Under the pieces are notes generated by a model, which was given only the letters and a program-made list of their open reading frames with translations, ran no database searches and was not told the DNA's origin. From the NCBI GenBank assembly GCA_030770535.1, contig JASVEC010000014.1, positions 930,001 through 994,000 on the forward strand: a stretch of 64,000 bases of DNA, read 5' to 3'. Of this stretch, positions 12,513-25,324 are shown piece after piece (position 1 is the stretch's first letter; every line of letters begins with the position of its first letter). The stretch is from Batkoa obscura (lineage: Eukaryota). The position numbers and the translations under genes are program-made.

Positions 12513-14180
12513 TTATAAATAGCTTGAAATTACAAAGATAATATGATCATTAAGTAAGAGCAAGCCTATTTTAATTCTATTTCTTGATATCAGTTTGTAT
12601 TGTAAAATCAATAACAGATAGTAAAAACATCTTGTTGTCTTTGGACAGCTTACCAAGTTAGTCCAATATCTGATCAAATAAATCATAGCTACTATCAAAC
12701 TATTTTGAATGAATAAAAGTAAAAGTACTATCAAATATCAATAAATACCCAAAATATTAAATCAAAGAATAACATTTGAAGTTTGAACTAAAAATTATGA
12801 ACAATCAAACGCTGGCTATCATTTTGTAAAAGACAAATATCTTTTAGTTTCTCAATAATCTTATATCCTAAAAGTAAACAATCTTTACTACTAGAGGATA
12901 CTAAACCTTTAACATGATATAAAATTGTCCAAATAGAATAATGTATTGTTTCAATATGATTAATAATGGTATTAATAGTTTCATTTAATACTTTATTTAG
13001 AATGTCTTCTTTGGTCACTTCGTATTTAGATATTATCTTTTTAGTAATAAAATACAACACATTTTCTAACAATCAACTGATTTTCAGTGCTTTCGAGTTA
13101 CTTATATTTAGTATAGTGATATTCACTACTGAATTAAAAGTGGTTACAAGTTATTCTACAACTATACCAATAATTCGGATATATTGACAATATTGATACC
13201 ACTGATACCATTGACATTTCAAATAGCTTATCCGTATTCAGCTCTGGAACTATTTCGTCTCTTTTCCAAAAACTGTAAATACCAAACAATATTGTAGAAC
13301 AAGGGTTGTTGATTGACAGTAAAATCATTGCTGCTAAACAACACAACTTTCATTTATTGTCACTTCTATAATTTATATCCAAGTCTAACAATATGCAGTA
13401 GTTATGTAAATTGGAATAATAATCATATGATAATGCTAAACTTATCCCTCTTACTCGATTCACCAGTACAATCATTGAGTAGATAGTACTTAAATTAGTC
13501 TTTAGTTGACTTTATCGAGAATGCTTTAATAATTTATCTTTTAAGAATGTCCTCAAACTTGGTAAACTTTTGTTACTATCAATGTAGTTCAAAGTAACTA
13601 ACATCATGGAATAAATCAATACAATATCTCTTTTCTTATTCATAAATTGGTTATAATCAAATACTAGTAATAATACATTGACTCTTTCAAAACAATACAA
13701 ATAACTCGTAATATGATAGTGTAAACATTAATACTTTGATCTATAACAGTGTTTGTTGACTTCAATAATGGGATTTGACTAAAAAATGAATTAGAGTATC
13801 GGGTTAGAGTTACTCTATAAAAAAACAAGAATCTTTAGTACAAATAATCGGAAAATGAAATGTTTTGATCGGAAAAGCAAAGCTTAATTGTAGTATTAGA
13901 ATCAAATCACTTTCCATCTGTATAAGTCTTAAAATAGGATCACCTTTAATATTTTCTGGTTTCCTTTTTATTTGTTTAGAATAATAAAAATAATTTGGAA
14001 TGAAAAGCTTCATTATCACACATTACTGACCTTTTTCTCGCTTTTTGTTCTCCAGTACATGTTAGCCCTTTTTTTACAACTACAAGTTGGTATTAACAAG
14101 TTACGTTACTTTTTTGATTTATAACATTGGTTGCATACTGCTCCATTTTTGATTTATTTATAAATATTGGCTTCTTTATT
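12513..14180 (-). pseudogene. Zn2Cys6 TF family pseudogene (copy 2)
   Basis: Fragments such as YCFERVNVLLLVFDYNQFMNKKRDIVLIYSMMLV and FAFPIKTFHFP, with many stops and frameshifts. 12534-14124 is a near-identical inverted repeat of 34340-35929. Confidence 0.9.
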
Positions 14181-14735
14181 ATTGATTATGGAGTTAAAAA
14201 GTATAGAAGTTCTATTGTATTCTTATGAAATATGATTGATGGCTTAATAATTGTAAAAAAATCTTCAGCAATATTTTGAATAAAGTTGATAGTATTAAAA
14301 TTGTTTCATCTCTTGTAATCAAAATAACGTTGGTTAGTTTTAATTCTAACCTTGATTTAATTCTTTTAATTTTTGGAAATTTTGCAAAGGAAAGATGAAT
14401 ACCACAAAATAGTCACTTTAGATTATTTTGAAATTTAATTAACCAAAATTTTAGATTTAAACAATAAGAAAATTTAAAATAAACTGATATGTATGTTAAA
14501 ATTCTATTGTTAGTGGACTTAATTTAACCCATGCTATATACATTTAATTTAATGAAAGTCCAGACTATATAAAAAGTGAAAGCTATTTCAAGACCAATAG
14601 ACTGAAAAAATTGAACGAAATTAAGTTCATCAACACATAATAGACGAAAAAATTTAGCGCAATCAAAAAGAACCAATAGTTTTATCAAGTTTTAAAATCT
14701 CATTACGTTGCTACTTTAAAATCACTTTTAAAAAG

Positions 14736-17700
14736 ATGTTTCCAACCACAATTAGCGATGGAATTGCCAACGATTCAAATTCTTCAGTACAATTTCAATA
14801 TTTCAATAACCAGTTATTGTTGGTAAGATAGACTATTATTATGAGCATAATTGGAATGTTATATTGATAAGGATTATTATTAGGTCTATGCAAATGAAAA
14901 CAGAGTGATTATTAAAAGTTGGGAAGGGGAAACAATTCAAATTATACCGTTGAGATTGGAAATCAAGAGTTTGGCATTTTCAGATAGAAATGGACAGGTA
15001 AGAGCATTATTTATAATATTCATATTCAGAAATATAATTCTATTCTTTTAATAATAGTTGGCAGTCACTCAAGATAGTGAAGTTTATATTTTTAAATTTG
15101 AATCAATGGAAGAGAAAGTAAGTTTTCAAGTTAAAATAAGATATTTGGAAATGGAATGACTTATCTTTAATAGAAATTTCATTGGAATTTAGTAACAAAA
15201 ATTCATTATTTTAATCAAATTATTCAAGTTTCTTGGTTTAATAATGGTGATCTACATCATAATAGTTATATAATAATATATTAATTTCAAATATTAGATC
15301 ATTTGTTAATTGGTAGCGATAGTGTAAGTTTATATAAAAAAGAAAAGGATGAATTTATTTGTTATTGGAATGAAAAGTAAGTTCAATTTATAATATTAAT
15401 AATGCCTAATATAATAAACCAAAATTTAGTTGTTCTTCTAACATATTTATTGCTGATATATCATCAGATGGACAATGGTTAGCTTTAACTCATAATGTAA
15501 TTATTTTGTAATAATTAACTAATTAAAGCTAATGAAATCTATAATAGAATGATCGAGTAGTTAAAATATGGAATATTAAATCAAGTAAGTGACATTATAT
15601 AAGCATTTATATTTTTAATTAAATATGAGCAATAGATCGACAATATTATTATTTAAAACACCCAAGGACAGTATTATCTTTATCTTGGTATCAACACAAT
15701 AATAATGGTGATAAGTAAGTCTTACCTTGAGAAATAACATGATAAGTTTATTTAAATTAATATTCTTTTAATTAGTGTCCCTATATTATTTACTACATGC
15801 TATGATGAAATATTTCGATGTTGGACGTTTAATAATAATTGTTTTTATTTATCAACTACATTAGATCCGTCCCAGTGGTCCATCAATAATAAAAATAATA
15901 ACTGCAGTAATACAGCATCTGAAATTATAAACAAGAATGTAATAAATAAGGATCTAACAAAAGATCATCAACTAATCACTAATAATCAACTTAATTTAAT
16001 ACCTTCTTTTCATTGGATTAATCCTATTATTATTAAAGAATTAGCGTATTTAGAAATTAATCGAATTAAAAATCAACAAAGTGAAATTATAGGAGAAGTT
16101 GAATTAAATTATTTAATTCAAATTTATAATTTAACGCCATTATTAATATTTAAATTTGAGCAAGATGGTTCATTAATTATTTGGAAATTAGAAGTAAGCT
16201 ATAATAATATAAATAATAATAATATAAATAATAATAATGAAAGAGTGAATAAAATTATGGAATATAATTTATAATACTAATCTATTTTCATAGGGATTAG
16301 AAAATATAATTAATAGTGCACCTAAAATTAAAGTATTAAGTAAAATATCCAAAATTATTCATTTTAATCAAAATCAATCATTATTATTTAAAAAATGGTT
16401 TATTAATATTAATCCATTGTCATTGAAATTTAAAGGTAATAAAAACAAATAAATAAACAAATAAATAAAACAAATATACTAATATTAATATGTTATATTA
16501 TTACAAATAGATCAAAATTATGCTGGTGAATTTATTATATTAAATCATAATTCAAATAATCAATTACAATACTTATCAATTGGACTATTGAATATATTAT
16601 TTAATCAAACTAATAATTCCATCAAAATGGGCTATTTAATTAATGGTTGTAGTCAAAAAATTAATAAAATTATTAATAATTATAATAATAATCAATTATG
16701 GAGTCTAAATAATAAAAATGAAATTTGTAGTTGGGAATTTAAAATTCAAGAAGTAAGGTTATTATTTGAGGTAATAAGAAGACAAAGTACTAATTCTGTT
16801 TGCTTTTTTTTAGAATATTAATAACAATAATTTTTTTGTAAAAAATTATAAATTCGATTTCAATCTTATTGATTTTGAATGGGCTAACGAAAGTAATAAT
16901 TTAATATATCTTTATAATGTTATAATATTTAAACGATTACTTTTTTGTTTGTTTTAGATTATCTGATATTATTAGAAACTAAGAACTGTTATTTATATAA
17001 TATTAGTTATAATGAATTAATTGTATTAAATCAGCATGAAGGCCATTCATTTCAATCTTTGATTGTAAAAAATTTAACGGATGAATTAATCCTAATTATA
17101 ATAGTATTAGATAATTATGAACTGATTAGTTATAAAGTGAAAATTGAAGGTAATTATTATATAATAATAGAGTTTAAATAATATTTCTTTTATAAATAGA
17201 TAATAAAATACAATCAATCGAATCCATTAAAATGGAAAAACTTCCAAACTTAATAGATGAAAAAAAGTTAAAAAATTATTATTTATTATCTAATTTATAT
17301 TATTTAAATCAAGAAACAGAATGTAATGAATATAGTATTTCATTAGTTTATTATAATGAAATGGAAAATAAATTGGAAATCTATTATAATTATTTAACGA
17401 ATAGTAATTATAAGTGGTATAAACAAAATGAGGTTAAAGTGAACTTAGAAAACATTAAGAAAATTGAGTTTAGTAATTTTGGTTTGGTATTTATTGGTAA
17501 GTAAGATTTTTAATTATTATTTTTATAAAATAACAATAATAACAATAATAACAATAATAACAATAATAAATAAATAATAAATAAATAAATAACAATAATA
17601 AATAAATAAATAAATAAATAACAATAATATTTAACATATTAATATTAGTTGGTACAAATGAAAAAAAAAAAACAATAATAAAAATCATGGATATTAAATT

Positions 17701-20700
17701 CAACAGTTTTAATTTTATTAAACAATGGGAATTTAATTGGAAGTAAGTAAACATTTAAAATAAATATTAAATGATAAAATTATATTAATAAACTCAATAG
17801 TAATGAATCCATCAAAAATATTCAATTTTTAGCTACTTTATTTTATTATCCAATGATAATAATAATAACTGAATTCAAAATTTATATATTGAATTTTTAT
17901 AAATATAAATTTATTATTAGTAATATATTATATTTACCAGTGTAAGCTATTATTATTATTTACTTTAAATGGAAATAGAATCTAATTAAATCTTATTAGA
18001 AATTTGTATACTAATATTGATTGGTTTAAAATTTTAAATGATGGTACATTGTATATTAAAATTGAAGAACAAATTTATATGTTTGGTAAATGGATTGCAA
18101 TCAATGAAATTGAAAGAGGTAAGTTAATTATTATTATTAATTTATATATTATATATTAATATTATAATATTTAGATGATGAAACTAAGTTATCAAAGTCA
18201 ATTTATAGTAATAATATAATTAATACCATTCATACTTTATCAGCAGATTATCAAAATTTATTATTAAATTATCATCCAAATTATTTATTAGAATATATTG
18301 AATGGGGTAAATTAATAATCTCTATTTATAATACCAATAAGATATTAATTAGTATTTTTTATTGTTTTTAGGTGAATATGATTTAATGAATAAAATCATA
18401 ATTCATATCGAAAAATATCAATCCGAACAAAATTTGTATCTAGAAGACTCAATACTATTATTACCACCACTTCCATTGATTGAGTTTTATAATAAGGTAA
18501 TTGTAATTTGTTTACTATATGATATATAATGTTACTAATTAATTAATTAACTGTAGAAAGAAGATGAGAATAAAAATAAAATGGATAATTTAATTACAGA
18601 CGATTTGTTTTCTACTAGGTAAACAAGAGAATATTATTGTATTCTATATATAAGTACTAATATATTGTATTTTTAGCAAAAATAAGCAAACACTATCGAA
18701 ATATCAATTTGAAGAAATGATATTAAATTTGAAAAAATACCAATTAAATTATATGAATGAAGAAGATAAATTAAAATTAGTTATGATATTAGAATGCTTT
18801 GATTATGTAAGTGAAATAAATTCTATAATAATAATAACAATAATATAGTAATATTAATAATTAAATATAGATAATTAAATATCAAACTTCAATTGATGAT
18901 ATGGGAAAATTATATTTATTTCATATATTATTGAATTTAAAGTGTAATAGAATTGTAATTGAATCAGATTATATATTAAATGTATTTTATTCGCAATCAA
19001 AGGTAAATAAAGGATTAAAGTACAGTTTACGTGTGATATTAATGATTTTTATATTAATTAGGATTTAATACTTAATGAAATTAAAATGTTAATTATGAAT
19101 CATAATATTGAATTCAATTGGGACAGTTTTAAAAATTTTGGGTTACCGTTTTGGATTCAAGAAGATGAAATATTAGTAAGTTAGTTATATATAATATAAT
19201 ATAATATAATATAACAAATATTAATAAATTAACATAAACAAATAGAAAAAAGAAATTGAAATAATAGCAAGAAATCAATACTTAATAAACAAAGATCCAA
19301 TCGAATGTAGTTTATTTTATTTATTATTAAATAAAAAAAAATTATTATTATCTTTATGGAAAACAGCAACCTATCATAAAGATCATTCAGTTATGGTCAA
19401 ATTTTTAAATAATGATTTTACACAACAACGTTGGAAATTAGCAGCCCAAAAAAATGCGTTTAAATTGATTGGCTTACAAAGGTATGAATATGCTATTGCT
19501 TTCTTTTTATTAGCAAACAAAATTGAGGATGCAATTGGTGTTTCATTAAGATATTTGAAGGATCCAATATTAGCATTCGTTTTGTGTAGATGTTATTATG
19601 GTAAATTAATATTTAAGATAATTATAATATGGGAATGAATTAACAAATTTAATTTAGGTATTAATTCTGAATATACACAAACTTTTATTAAACAGAAATT
19701 AATACCCAATTTTATTAATAATAAGGATCTATCAATGATTAATTTATTGTGTTATTATTTGAATTTAAAAGAAATTTCACTAAGTTGTTTTTATGAATCA
19801 ATAAAAGTTACTATCAACAAATTAAAAGATAACGGATGTGATATTAATATAATTCAAGAGAGTATTATTGATAATAATGAAGAGGATATAGTGAATTTTA
19901 ATTTATATATTAAAATTAAAAGTAAATTTATTAAAGAAAAACAAATAATAAAAGAGAAAATAGAAGATCAAAAAGTTCAAGAAAATGAAAAGAAAATAGT
20001 TTTAAAAAAAATGAATCAATTTATGGAAATTGGTATGCCAATTATGAGTTTACTAATATACAATCAATGGAATATTGAAGATGAGGACTTACTTGAAAAA
20101 GAAAAGAAAACGGATGAAAAGGAAAAAGTCAAGGAAGAAAAAGAAGAAATTGATTGGAGTTGGAGTATTCATAGTAAAAATAAAAAGAGTTATGATTCAG
20201 TTAATTCAGCTATTAATAGTGGCATTGTTGATTTTGATGATTGGGGATGGAATACTCCAAATAATAATAATAATAATAATAAACCAACAGATATCTTTGC
20301 TAATGAAGATATATTTAATAATAAAACTAATAATACAGTTGATAATGAAGACAATTATAAATTAAAATTGAATAAGATACAAAAAGAAAGGTATTATCAA
20401 TCATATCATCAATTAATGTTAATATTATGTCATGAAATTATTCAATGTGTCATTATAATTTATAAAAATAATCGAGAAAATTTAATTAGTAAAAGAAGGA
20501 TGATAGAGTATTTAGATACTATTAAAGTAGGTATTAAAAAAATTAGTGAGAATAATAATCAATTTAGAGTTGATCAACAACTATTGAAAATTAGCAATCA
20601 AATGGAAATAAGTTTAGTTGCATTTTATTTATTATATGAAGGTTTGTTAAATAATGATGGAAATAACCAAAATATTAATGAACATATAACTCAATTAATG

Positions 20701-21525
20701 ATAAATGAAATTAATTTAATTTATTGTATAATATTTAATAACAATGGAAAATCGTATTATGAGAGTAAACTAATGTTACAAAAAATAGAAATTTATATTC
20801 AAAAATTGGAATTATGGGGCTTAATTTTAATGTTAAAACAAAATAATTTAAGTTTGATTAATTTGTTAATATTGAAATTGATAATTATTTATATTATGGA
20901 ATTAATTAAGATAAGAGATTATAATAAAATTTATTATTTATTTGATAAAGTAATAAAGAATAAAATAACAATAACTGAACATAATGGAGAATGGCAAATG
21001 AAAGATATTGATGAGATTAAATTGATGATTAATATAATTTGTAATGGGTTTGAATTAGTAAGTTGAATGTTAAATTTTTAACTTAAGTATTAATTTCTAA
21101 CTAATTATTAGAAGAATGAATTTGAAATAGAAAATCGATTAAGTAATCTTGATTTTGATTTGAAATTAGAATTAGGTGATGATTTAAAATTAATTAATTC
21201 AACAAACGATAATTTCACTTCAGATATGAACTTTAATTGTCAAAGTAAAGAAAAAGAAAAAGAAATCCAAGTTAAAATACTCTATTTTTTAATTAAAAAT
21301 ATTGAAAAAGAAGTGAATTTTATGAATAATAATAGTGGAATTGGAACTACTCTATTAGATTGGGAACATTTATTAAGTCCATTATATGAATTGAAATTTC
21401 AATTAGAAACTGGAAAACAAACAGTATTTGATATGAATTCATCAGATAAATTGAATGAAATTAATACTTATGATTTAATTAATGGTTTTCAAAAGGTATG
21501 GAAGTGGTTGGAAAGGGAAGAGTAG
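14736..21525 (+). CDS. RAV1: RAVE complex subunit Rav1 / Rabconnectin-3A-like (WD-repeat N-terminus, Rav1p_C domain), many exons
   Basis: ARNQY...DPIECSLFYL...KKKLLLSLWKTATYHKDH...FLNNDFTQQRWKLAAQKNAFKLIGLQRYEYAIAFFLLA is the Rav1p_C signature. YLKHPRTV motif upstream. ATG at 14736 is followed by numerous short introns; the exon structure is not fully resolved. Confidence 0.88.
17528..17630. repeat. Intronic microsatellite (AATAAC)n/(AAAT)n
   Basis: Directly visible tandem repeats within a RAV1 intron. Confidence 0.8.
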
Positions 21526-21758
21526 GTATTTTTTTAATTATAATAAAATAGTCAATTTTTCAATTATTAACTTTACTTTTTTTTAATTGTATTTTTATAT
21601 ATTATTACTGATTTTTAATTCTTTACTTCATGTGATTGGGTCATGAAGTAGTTAAAAATGAACTTTGATTGAATTTAATATAAAAATTTCTATACAAATA
21701 TATTGTTTGAGTCTATATTTGATGAAAGTTTCATTGAGTTATTTGTTATTTATAATAT

Positions 21759-21856
21759 AGGGGTGTATTTTGTATTTAAAATTTTTACTAACAATTTTTC
21801 CACTCAAATAGCGCTTAAAAGATGGAAAAAGTAATGAAGCCAAAAAAAACATCCCC
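21759..21856 (+). mobile_element. MITE copy 8
   Basis: Consensus match, ATAT TSD. Confidence 0.85.
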
Positions 21857-21966
21857 ATATTCTAAAACGTTAATGACAGCTAATATCATAAAGATTTTCG
21901 AAAGCAAATGATCAATTCTGAAAAAGTAAAATGAAATTTAAAAAAAATCAATTTATCGATTTATAT

Positions 21967-22064
21967 GGGGCTGTTTTTTTTGGTTTCATTATTTTTCCAT
22001 TTTTTAAGCGCTATTTGAGTGGAAAATTTGTTAGTAAAATTCTTAAACACAAAAATACATCCTC
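21967..22064 (-). mobile_element. MITE copy 9
   Basis: GGGGCTGT...ACATCCTC termini, ATAT TSD. Confidence 0.85.
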
Positions 22065-22860
22065 ATATGTTGTTTCCAACATTAATAAAAGGAGTTTTAA
22101 AAATAAGTATGATTGAAATAGTTAATATCTATGTTAACATTATTACTGATATTGAATTCAATATTTTATAAAACTTGAAGAATTCAATTTTCAGAACTAA
22201 AATATTGAAAGCAATAGAAAGTTTGATTACCTTTTCATTAGTTAATAGTTCCCATACCAAATCATCTTCTTAAAACAAATTCTTAATGACTTTTGTACTA
22301 TTATATCTTACTCAAAATATCATTAAAAAATACTATTCTTAACAAAAATCTCACATTAAACTGATTCCATCGGTTTTATTCTTAAACAATATTAAAAAAA
22401 GCATCATATCTCATTACACTTTATCATGTTTCTCAGCTGATGTGTTTAGTGACCTGATGATAAACTAAGACTGACCCAAACTTTTATTATTGGGCAATTA
22501 TTTTACTAATTTCAAATAGCAGTGAATGATTCCAATTTCATGTTTAAAAAAACTATTAAAAAAAATAAGAAATTGTGACGTGGCAAGTGAAGATTGGATT
22601 TTTAATGAAAGTAATGATAAATTTCAAGAATAAAATATCAATCATGGATTCAATCTTGCATATTATTAATAACTGGCTACAAGTTTCAAACTAATAAGAA
22701 AGTATAAAAAGAATTAACAATCCAACAAATTTTATTTTAATAAATAAAATATCAAGGTTTGAATTAAAAGGTAATATTCAAACTTACTATTTACTTTTAA
22801 TTTCATTTAATCTTATATTAACTATCTTTCTTCTTCTCTTTTAGTGCTTTACATTTAATC

Positions 22861-25254
22861 ATGAAGTTCAATCTCTCTTGGTTAGTATTATTGAGCCTAC
22901 TAAGCATCACTTTTGTCCTTGGAAGTGATACTTCTAAAGATAAAGTAGTTGATATTGAATTAAAGGACAGTACTGAAGGTGTACAACTAAATGAAGAACA
23001 AATTAAAGAAATAGATCAAACTAAGAAGAAATTTCAATTTGAGGTAAAGATTCCTTATTATTATTTATCAAACTGTTTATTAACATCTTAATTTTCTATT
23101 TTAATAAAATAAATAGACCGAAGTTAGGTAACAAATTAGTTATTATTCAAATAAATCTATATGATACTAATACAATATTTTTATTATAGTCGTGTTATGA
23201 ATATTATTATTCATTCTTTATATAAAAACAAAGAAATATTTTTACGTGAATTAATCTCCAATGGTTCTGATGCATTAGATAAATTACGTTTACTCTCCTT
23301 GACCAAGAAATCCAAAGTAACTGAAGCTAAAGATTTATATTTAACAATTAAACCTGATCCCGCTACCAATACCTTAATTATTACTGATACAGGAATTGGT
23401 ATGACTTATAATGATTTAAAGAAAAATTTAGGCACTATCGCTAAATCAGGGACTGCTGATTTTATTAAACAATTTGAAAACAATAAGGATAATAACCATC
23501 TAATTGGCCAATTTGGAGTAGGGTTTTATTCTGCATTTTTAGTTGCTGATAAAGTTCAAGTAATTTCTAAAAATTCGGAAGATGAACAATATATTTGGGA
23601 ATCTTCGGCTATTTCGGATTTTACAATTGTTAAAGATCCAAGAGGTAATACTTTAGGTAGAGGTACTCAGATTACTCTATTTTTAAAAGAGGATGCCAAA
23701 GAATATTTAAAACCAGAATTTTTGGAAGAATTGATTCGTAAATATAGTGAATACATTGAATTCCCAATTTATCTTTGGAAAAAAGGAAAAGAAATTAAAA
23801 AATCTGATAAAGATAATGTAGAGAATGAAATAAAAGAAGAAACTGGAGAAGAAACTGGAGAAGAAGCCACAGAAGAAGATAAGTTAGTAGAAGGATTTCA
23901 ATTAATGAATTTAGAACCACCAATTTGGACTAAAAATCCCAAGAATGTCACTCAAGAAGAACATTTAAGATTATTTCAACGATTAAACGATAATATTGGC
24001 CAACCGCTACAACAAATTCATTTTAAAGCAGAAGGGGATAGTAATTTTAAAGCTATTATTTATGTACCTGAATTGGGCTTTGAATCTTTAAAATTACCAA
24101 AAGTCATTGATACCCCTATTAAATTACATGTCAAAAGAGTGTTTATTACAGATGATACTATTAAGTTGATTCCAGATTGGTTAGCATTCTTAAGAGGGAT
24201 TGTGGATTGTGATGATATTCCATTAAATGTATCTAGAGAAACAGTTCAAAATTCAAGATTAGTGAGAGTTATTAAGAAAAAATTATTAAATAAATCGTTT
24301 GAATTATTTGAACAAATAACTAAAGATGAAACCAAATATAAAAAATTTCTAGGTGACTTTGGAGCTCATTTAAAGAGAGGTATTCGTGAAGATGAATATC
24401 ATTCTGAAAAGATAGCTAAATTCTTAAGATTTGATTCATCTCATAAAAAATTTACTTCTTTAGATGAATATATTGAAAGAATGAAGCCAAACCAAAATAA
24501 AATTTATTTTATTACGGGTGGTTCAATGGAAGCTTTATTACGTTCCCCTTACGTTGAAAAATTAGTATCTTTAGGATATGAAGTAATTTATATGGATTTA
24601 CCAGTGGATGAATTTACAATGCAATATTTAAGAAAATATAAAGGAAAAGAATTAGTTCATGCTATTGCTGCTCAAAATGATGTCAAGGATAATAAAAAAG
24701 AATTAAATCAATTAGAAGAAGAGTACAAACCATTGATTGATTGGTTTAATGAAATATTGAAAGAAGAAGTTGAGTCCGTTAAATTATCAACAAGATTAAT
24801 TTATTCCCCAACAGCAATTACACCTTCTACATTAGGTGGATTAAGTGGTAATCAAGAAAGATTGATGAAAGCACAAGCATATGCATCTCAACAAGAAACT
24901 GAAATGAACAAATGGCTAAACGCTAAAAAAGGATTAGAATTAAATCCACATCATAAAATTATTCAAAATTTATTAGCTAAAATCAATAATAATCAAATGG
25001 ACAAAAATATGGTTGATATGGCTCATTTATTATTTCAAACTTCAATGTTAAGATCTGATTATGATTTACCTTCCCCTCAAGCTTATGCTGATAGAGTGGA
25101 AATATTAATTCGTTTACAATTAGGCTTAGATACTCAATTAGATTATCCAGATGTTAAAAATCAAAATAATGAATATCAACAAAATCAAGAAGTTAAAGTG
25201 GATGTAGATGAAGAGGATTCAATTGAAGAATTAGAAGAACATGATGAACTTTGA
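22861..25254 (+). CDS. HSP90B1: ER HSP90 (GRP94/endoplasmin); exons 22861-23043, 23117-23127, 23190-25254
   Basis: Signal peptide, NKEIFLRELISNGSDALDK, NLGTIAKSGT, IGQFGVGFYSAFLVAD, PLNVSRE, and C-terminal HDEL. Confidence 0.97.
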
Positions 25255-25324
25255 GTAAACAAATAAAATATTATATCTTAATTGTTATTCTTGTTATTCT
25301 TATTATTCTTATTTCTATTTAATC

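Noticed and set aside
17491..20365. ORFs 17491-17754 (-) and 20075-20365 (+)
   Set aside because: Artefacts of an intronic microsatellite and of an alternative frame within RAV1.
5747..22116. Short ORFs sharing FKRYLSGK..SKILK (5747, 11955, 12063, 21931) as a peptide family
   Set aside because: They are chance translations of the MITE or its reverse complement.
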